64,000 bases of DNA, taken from positions 129,347-193,346 of the forward strand of contig CALSCP010002431.1 in the NCBI GenBank assembly GCA_943704425.1, read 5' to 3'. How positions within the stretch are numbered: the first letter of the stretch is position 1; the number at the start of each line of letters is the position of its first letter. The stretch comes from Ministeria vibrans ATCC 50519. Taxonomy: Eukaryota; Protista; Filasterea. The notes under the pieces were generated by a model, which made no database searches, was not told the DNA's origin, and saw only the letters and a program-made list of their open reading frames with translations. The position numbers were made by a program, and so were the translations under genes. Shown piece after piece: positions 49,713-64,000 of the stretch.

Positions 49713-49913
49713 TACAATCGCTATGGTGTCCCTGTGCAATTCGAGTCAATTTTCCTTTTTTTGTTTTCTGTCTTATCCGGGATAAAAAAAAGTGTTCAAA
49801 AAGGCCGAACACACCCCAAAATCGAGCGAATTGAACAAGAACAAACAATGGTTATGTTTTATCATTCTCACTCTCTCTCGATGTCTTTGATCTCTCTCTC
49901 AATCTCTGTCCAT

Positions 49914-53353
<3,440 letters not shown>

Positions 53354-53745
53354 TGGATGTTGGAGGAAGAAAAGAAATAAAAGTGAAAGGGGAGACTGGG
53401 GTCTGGGAGAGAGTCAGTCAGTCAGTCAGTAAGAGAGTCGACAGATCAGTCCAGGGAGTCCTGTAAGAATTCTGTACGCACAAAATGGCAATCTACATTG
53501 GGTACTGGTGCGTAGTGGCTGCTCAACTGGTCTGTCACTCGCGTGAGTTCCGTCAGAGGTTACTGTTACGGGACACACACGTTTGTACGTTCCGTTTCAA
53601 TCATTTGCCTTCGGCTGCAGACGATCACACACACACACACACACACACGCACACACACACACATCCAATCCTTGGAGGTGGACCCAAACATCCAAGTGCC
53701 ATGTAGTGGGGTGTCGCGCCATCAAATTGTGCAGGATGGGAAGCC

Positions 53746-53851
<106 letters not shown>

Positions 53852-54116
53852 CGCAGTTGGCGATCGGCGCACTCTTCACCGAACAACGTCACGCAAGTGA
53901 CATGAGTGACCGCGCACTCCTGAGTCCTGCCTGACAACTTATTAAGAACGTGACCGTGAACGATCAAACTGTCGTTTGTGGCCACGTATATAAAATATTT
54001 GGGTTGAGGAATTGCACAATAAGTTAAGACGAAACTCATCTTAAAACATTCCATTTTTAGTTTTCACAATTTTTTCTCTTCCTTCTTCTCTGATAACTCA
54101 TACACTCCAACTTATT

Positions 54117-57100
54117 ATGACGTCTTCCAACTTCACCGCTCTTGTTGTCATCCCCGCGACCACCGACGAGTCCGAACCGGACGCTTGGTCCGCTATACAG
54201 AGTTTGCGCGAACAGTTCGATGCGACAAAACATTACAAGAAATGGCCGCCCCACTTCACCATCGCGTCGCCCTTTGTGCCGCCCGAGTCAATCAAGACAG
54301 CCGCATCCATCCTGGCGCGCGCTGTTGCGCAAGTCGACGATTTCGAAGTGGTTATCAACGAACATGGTTTCTTCGACCATCGCGATTCACTCACGGCCTT
54401 TCTTCGAGACTCCACCTGCACCCCTCTTCTGGATCTGCACGCCACCGCGCGCGAGGCACTGATCCAGGCCAATCTACATGCACCACCGCAAGATTTTGTC
54501 CCGCACCTGACCGTGGTGCACCGGCGTGCCGTCGACCGTCCCACCGTCGCCGCCGCACTGCAAACGTTGCGCAATGTCCGCTTCAAGGTGCGCGCCCTTG
54601 TGGTCTTGAGCCGTCCCATGAACGCACCGGACGAGCCCATGTCAGTGCAGTATGTCATCCCCTTCCGCGGCGGCGGCGACGTGCGCCAGGTGCCGCCTGC
54701 GTCGCGTCATGGCGTGCCAGTCGGGTCGCCCGAGTACCACCGCGTCGACGCACTCTCCGCCGTCCTCCGCGACTACCCACCCCAGGACCAGTCCGGATCA
54801 GCAGCACAATTGCTGGCAGCAGGAAGAGGAGCCGGACTCACCATTGACGTTGCCGCAGCCGTCGCGGCCGCCGCAACTTCCAACGACACACAAGAGGATT
54901 TGCCCTCTCCCCAGGTACAACAATGTCTCACCTCTCCTCTTCTGCAATGCCAAACCTTCACCTCACCGATTCGTTCGTTTCCAGGTCACGTACACACTGG
55001 TGTTTCCCACAGTAGGACACGGTGGTACACGTCTGGCAACGGCTGCCGAGCTGCTCAGCCGCATCAAATGGGATTCGATGTACAAACGCATTATTAGTAT
55101 TAATTGTATTACGTTATACTGACATTAATTTAATTTTTGTAGGTTCTCACTCGAGGACTTTACGGTTGGATGGTACGACCGTGTAACCAACGAAATTGAC
55201 GAAGTGACTGCTGACCACTGGATTGGCACAGAACGAAGTAAAAAAATAAAAAAAAATAACAAACCGACACTCATTATTATTCTTTGTTTATCTCGCTTAT
55301 AGGCGATGTCACAAGCGAGGGATTTATCCCCGAACACCGCGTTCGTCAACTCAAGTACCGCGGTAAAATTGTATGGGACCGTGCAACGCGTCTTGACCTC
55401 ATCAGGTAAGTCCCCTTAGACAGTCACTTGTGTGATGGAATTGTTGTTTGTGTGCGTTCTCAATTCATTTCTATACGTAGCGGCGCACGTCTCGTCCCTA
55501 TTGCACGCGATGGAGTTGCACTTGTGGAGGGCGTCCTTCCCAACGAAGATCCATCTGAAGACACATCGACCACAACGACAACGACTGCAAATGCCAAGGC
55601 AACGCACTTTATTGGTCTTCGAGTGGCGGGCGTTGCCTCGCCGGAGCTCACGGAGCAGTTCACACACGCTCAGATGGCACTGGTTGAGGCACACGCCGAC
55701 GCGGCAGAAACCCTTGTGCCCTTACCTCTGCTGCATATGACCTTAGCATTGGTTCGTGTGACGCCAGGTAGTGCGGCTGAGCGTGCCACTGTGACGGCTG
55801 TGCGTGAGTTTGCAAGGTCACTGCCCGAATCACTCAACGTTGAGCTCAAGGGCGTCGATTGCTTTGCAAGCGGACGCTGTGTGTACGCGCGTGTTGCCAG
55901 TGGTGCTTCAATGGCACTGCTCAATGATGCGCACACGCGTCTACGCGAGTGCCTTGCCACCCACGGTGTTCGTATTGCAGACGCCTTTGAATTTGTTCCG
56001 CACGTCTCTCTCGCGCGTGTGCCTGCGAGTGTTGCCGGACAGATTCCTCGCGCGGCCGTTGACTCGATTGCGGCTCATCGTTTTGGCACGCTTACGACTC
56101 ATGCTGTCGATGTGACAGCCGTCGACGCTCCGCACCGCTCCGATGGCTATTACACCTGCGTCGAAACGGTTCCATTTGGCGTGCAACTACCCACATCGCT
56201 TGAGCTCCACGACGGTCGTGTCCTGGCCATCTTTGACTTTGACGGCACTCTTGTGCGCACACCGACTGTCGACTCAACGCGCTGGTCGCCCGCTGTCAAC
56301 GCCGCTCTGGGGCGACGCTGTATTGACGGTGGCCTTGGCTACTTTGAGACCAATGTGAGTCTTCGCGTCGCTCTGCAGTTGCTTCGAGCACCGCACAATG
56401 GACGCACATGTGAAGGTGTGCCTGTTCTTGTGGAACGTCTCGTCGAGGCATATCAGCGCGCCCGTCGCAACCCTTTGGCACGCGTTGTTCTGCTCACGGG
56501 CCGCACTGAGTCGTGTCGTGCCGACATGGAGGAGTTTATGCGCGAGGCCAATTTGCGCTTTGACGAGATTGTGATGCGTCCCAACCGATTCCGTGGACCC
56601 ACCGCCGTGTACAAGGCGCAGGAGGTGGTGCGTCTTGTGGACACGTACCATCCCATGGCTGTGTATGGCTACGACGACGACGAAAATTGTGTCCCGGCCA
56701 TGGAAAAGGCGCTCGAGGGCCGCGGTCTGGCTCACGTTGCCATCACCAAGGTGGTGCACAAGTCGGCGCGCGTTTCGGCCGACATGGAGTACGCCATGAT
56801 AGAGGAGGTGGTCCGTGCCCATCCTCGCTTGTCTCTCTCGCGTACGCCTCAGTTCACAGGCATTCTGCTTGACAGTGCGTCCCAGGCGCAGCTGCACAAG
56901 GTCTTCCCGGCACCCCAGTCCAACTGGAAAGTTCGCATGCACCACATCACACTGCACCAGGGCGCACCGCATGCTGAGCTTACGCTTGGCGAGCGTGTCT
57001 CTGTCAGGGTGACACGGTACGGTGCGTCTGCTTCGGCTGCTGCGGTTGCCGTGGAGCTTCCCGAACATCTTCAGCGCTTCTGTGCATCGCGCAAGCCTCA

Positions 57101-58676
57101 CGTCACAACAGCCGTGTCGCCTCACGGTGCCTCCAACGTCGACGTGTTGTCCATTCCCGACGACGACTGGACACCCATTGTCAACGAGCGACAGCAGCTC
57201 ACTCTGCGCGGTCACACTCAGCTGTTTGAGCGCTTCCTTGTCGCCGGTATTGACCATGCGGTGGGCCAGGGTGACGACAGCGCCAGCGACGACAGTGCGA
57301 GCGAACGACACGTTGACGCGCGCGGTCTCGAGACGGTTCGAGTGGCGGCTCTGACTCAAGGTGCAGGCGCTTTGGAACTCATGGAAGCAGTGTCGTGGAG
57401 TGCGTCGCTTAACGCTCGCACGAAACGTCAGTGTGCGGAGCAGACACGACTGCGCGAGAGTGCGCTGGACGAGATCCGTTGTCTAGCCGAGCTGGTCATA
57501 CCGGGCACCACGCTTCATCTTGTGGGCTCGTACCGTCTTGGCGTGCACTCGGCCGAGTCCGATCTTGACTGTGTTGCTGCTGTCCCTGCCACTGCGCCCA
57601 TTTCGACCGCATCCTTTCTGCGTGAGCTGGTCGATGTTGCGGCCAAGAGCCCTTCGGTGATGTCGCTGCGCTCGGTGCCTCATGCGCGAGTGCCCATTGC
57701 ATCAGCGAACATCTTTGGCATCAACGTGGACGTTCAGGTGGTGCGCGACGACGAGCCACAGAGCGACGGAATGCGCGCAGTCTCGGAGGTGGAGTACTTG
57801 CTGGCGAGCAGTGCGCTTGATCAGGAGGCGCGTCGCTTGCGTGACGCTTGGCGTCTGCTTCTAGTGATTGTAAAGCGATGGGCGAGCGCACGGGGTGTGT
57901 CACCCTGTCGCTTTGGCTTCCCCGGCGGTCATGGTTATGCGGTGCTGTGTCGTGCACTGGTGTTTGCACGCGCTCACGAAGGCGACTCCATTGCGCTTGT
58001 GGACCTTGTGCCTGCGTTCTTTGTCCGCTACGCTCACATGCCCTGGGCGACACGAAGCGTCTGTGGCGACGGCACGACATCTCCGCACGACGGCGCACAC
58101 CCCATGGTTATTGCGGCAACTCCCGAGTCGCTTGAGAGCGACGCAGTGGCAGGCAATGTGGCACGCTCGGCCACAGCGAGCAGTGTGACGGTGCTGGAAG
58201 CCGAGCTCAAGCGTGCCGCTGACATCCTGAATGTTGGTGCAACCAGCGGTGTTGCTGAGATGGTGACGCTTCTTGAGCGAGTGTGTCGACCATCAATACG
58301 CGAGTGGCAACGCACATTCCGTTCATTTGTGAGTGTGACAACGTGTGCATCCAACCCAGCGCTCCTCGAGACACTCGTGAGTGCCGTCGAGTCCCGTCTG
58401 ATTGGGCTTCAGCGCTCACTGGAGCGCGACCATCTTTGCTCCTTGGTCCGTGTCTACCCACATCATTACAACGAGCACCAGCCACCGTCGCAGTGCCCAC
58501 ATGCGGTGCGCCATGCCATTGGCTATTCGCTCGCCGAGGGACGCACTGCCGCCGCTGTCGAGACGGCTATTAACGACTTTCTGGCAAGCGTGCGCGCCAC
58601 TCCCGAGTTCTTGGGTGTGCCCTATGGCGAACGCGCCAGAGTCGATGCAAAGGTGGTCGTACAAGAGTGTGAATAA
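54117..58676 (+). CDS. Multidomain RNA end-processing protein: 2H + MJ1316 + 2H (AKAP7-like) + HAD + 2H + poly(A)-polymerase-like nucleotidyltransferase
   Basis: Exons 54117-54914, 54985-55079, 55143-55237, 55303-55405 and 55481-58676 total 4287 nt in frame (1428 aa). Motifs: HFT/HLT; LSRIKWD..GWYDR..IPEHRV..VWDR; HMT/HVS; DFDGT..LTGR..K..YDDD; HIT/HVT; GSYRLGVHSAESDLD..VDVQ. Confidence 0.88.
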
Positions 58677-58729
58677 AAGACATAATATTTTTGAGATTTC
58701 ATAATTTTTCCACTTATTTCTTAAATCAT

Positions 58730-59917
58730 CATGATAAAGTCGCTGTTGTTTGTCTTGCTTCAAACAGCAACGTGTTTTGCCTGGTCTGTGCGAGTTGTGA
58801 GGCAAGGAAGCGAGCCAGTGTTATCGGCACAAAACAGCGGAGCTTTAGGCTCCTCCGCTTTCCGTCAGACCTTCAATCCAAGCTATGTGGAGTCTTCAAT
58901 GGGGGTCTCTCCAGGTACTCTTGCTGTTCCGATGCGACCCACAGGTCTCAGTAATTATTTTTCCAGGAATACTCGCGCGAGTTCAAAACTGCACAAACGG
59001 TCGTGCGAATTGTCCGGGAACCACGAGTCCATCCGCGCTGGCATTCGCGCCGTTGGTCGCTGATTCGTTCCCGCCAACATTTTCGTCGCTTGTCGCGACT
59101 TCGGTGGTCTTTTCGCGGACGGGGGAGGCGGAGGAGGACGGCGTGGAAGATCCGCGCATGCTCCTCGTCAACGGCACCTACCACCTGATGTATACCGCGT
59201 TTGGGACGGTCGACGGAGTCAAGAGTCCACGCCTGTCGCACGCAATCACCACGACACCAACCGTAGCCGGTTCGTATCGGCGTCTCGGAGCGGTGCGTTG
59301 TGCTTGAGGCGACGTCGCTTTGGCTCACCCTTTGTTCTTGCAGGTCTTCCCCGGGTCACTCAATAGCAAAAGTGGAGCCCTTGTTCCCCGCTTGGCCACA
59401 CAGAACACACACTACCTCTTGTGGGGCGCAGGGACTATCACAGTGGCCACCAGTCCTGACATGCTCACGTGGACGAATCGCTCAACACTCCTGGAGCCGC
59501 GCGCAGACCACTTCGATTCAAAACTTGTCGAGAGTGGCCCACCGCCACTGCCCCTCAGCGACGGCAACCTCTTGTTCATCTACAATTCGGCCAACGAGAC
59601 GCTTGCCTACAACGTTGGCTGGGTCATTCTCAACGGAACAGGTATTGCTTGTCGTCGCCTCCCCCCACACTCCCCACTTTCATTTCTTTCCCTCTCTCTC
59701 TTCAGACCCATCACAGATCCTTCAACGCAGCTCAGTTCCTCTTCTTACGCCATCTCTTGGATGGGAACGCGGCACTGCACCTTTCCTATGCAACGTGCCC
59801 AACGTCATCTTTCTCGAGGCAGCGATTGCGCTGCCCGAGCGCACCGATACTTTTCGTGTGTACTATGGCGGCGCAGACGATGTCATTGGCGTTGCTGATC
59901 TCACTGTCACCATGTAA
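58730..59917 (+). CDS. Secreted glycoside hydrolase, GH130-like five-bladed beta-propeller
   Basis: Signal peptide MIKSLLFVLLQTATCFA; FNPS, GVEDPR, YHLMYTAF, SKSG, VESGPPP, VPNVIF, YYGGAD. Confidence 0.8.
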
Positions 59918-60034
59918 CAGCGATCGTGAGTCGATGTGCTGTGTGAAAGAAAGAGAGAGAGTAGGAGTTGTTTTTTGTAATGCATCTCACAACACAAGTC
60001 ATACACTCAGTGACATATAAGTACACTATTTGAT

Positions 60035-63635
<3,601 letters not shown>

Positions 63636-64000
63636 TGGCAAAGGAATATAAATAAAAAAGTTTGGTTTGAACTTTGATTTGTCGAGTGACTGAGTGAGAA
63701 GTCGAATTGAACTTTCAAAGATACACTCTCTCTTTCCCTCTCTCTCACTACCGCACACACATGAACTGTGTACTCTTTTACTCTGTTTCACGTTGAAGGC
63801 AGAGTACGGAGTGGTACACTCGTGAACACAGAAAGTGATGAGATGTTAAATTGTGACACACACAATTTAAGGCACAAGTGCGCTTTTCTTTTTGCACTTT
63901 GCGTTGGTGAAATATTATTTTATAGGCATTAACCAAATTTTCCACAATGTAATATGACAAAGATTTATAAAAAAGAGAAAAAGAGAAAGAGAGAAAAAAG

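Overview
This is gene-dense eukaryotic nuclear DNA with short GT-AG introns (many about 45-150 nt), abundant microsatellites, four N-gaps and very compact divergent promoters. The gene content (adhesion GPCR, POMT1, Forkhead, STRA6-like, RCAN, ATP-type PEPCK, GH130, USP) suggests a unicellular opisthokont or holozoan-like protist; that assignment is inference only. About 25 genes were reconstructed by eye. Main findings: (1) a ~1428-aa spliced RNA end-healing and tailing protein with three 2H phosphoesterases, an MJ1316 domain, a HAD phosphatase and a poly(A)-polymerase-type nucleotidyltransferase; (2) an adhesion GPCR in which a bacterial-type lamin-tail-like domain is inserted inside an EGF module; (3) a mitochondrial LeuRS whose CP1 editing domain is replaced by a 17-aa linker; (4) an HBS1 gene with a phase-compatible alternative 3' splice site that would switch a Ski7-like segment in or out; (5) a GBP-like GTPase-RING protein. 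Family calls come from recognised motifs; no database searches were run.
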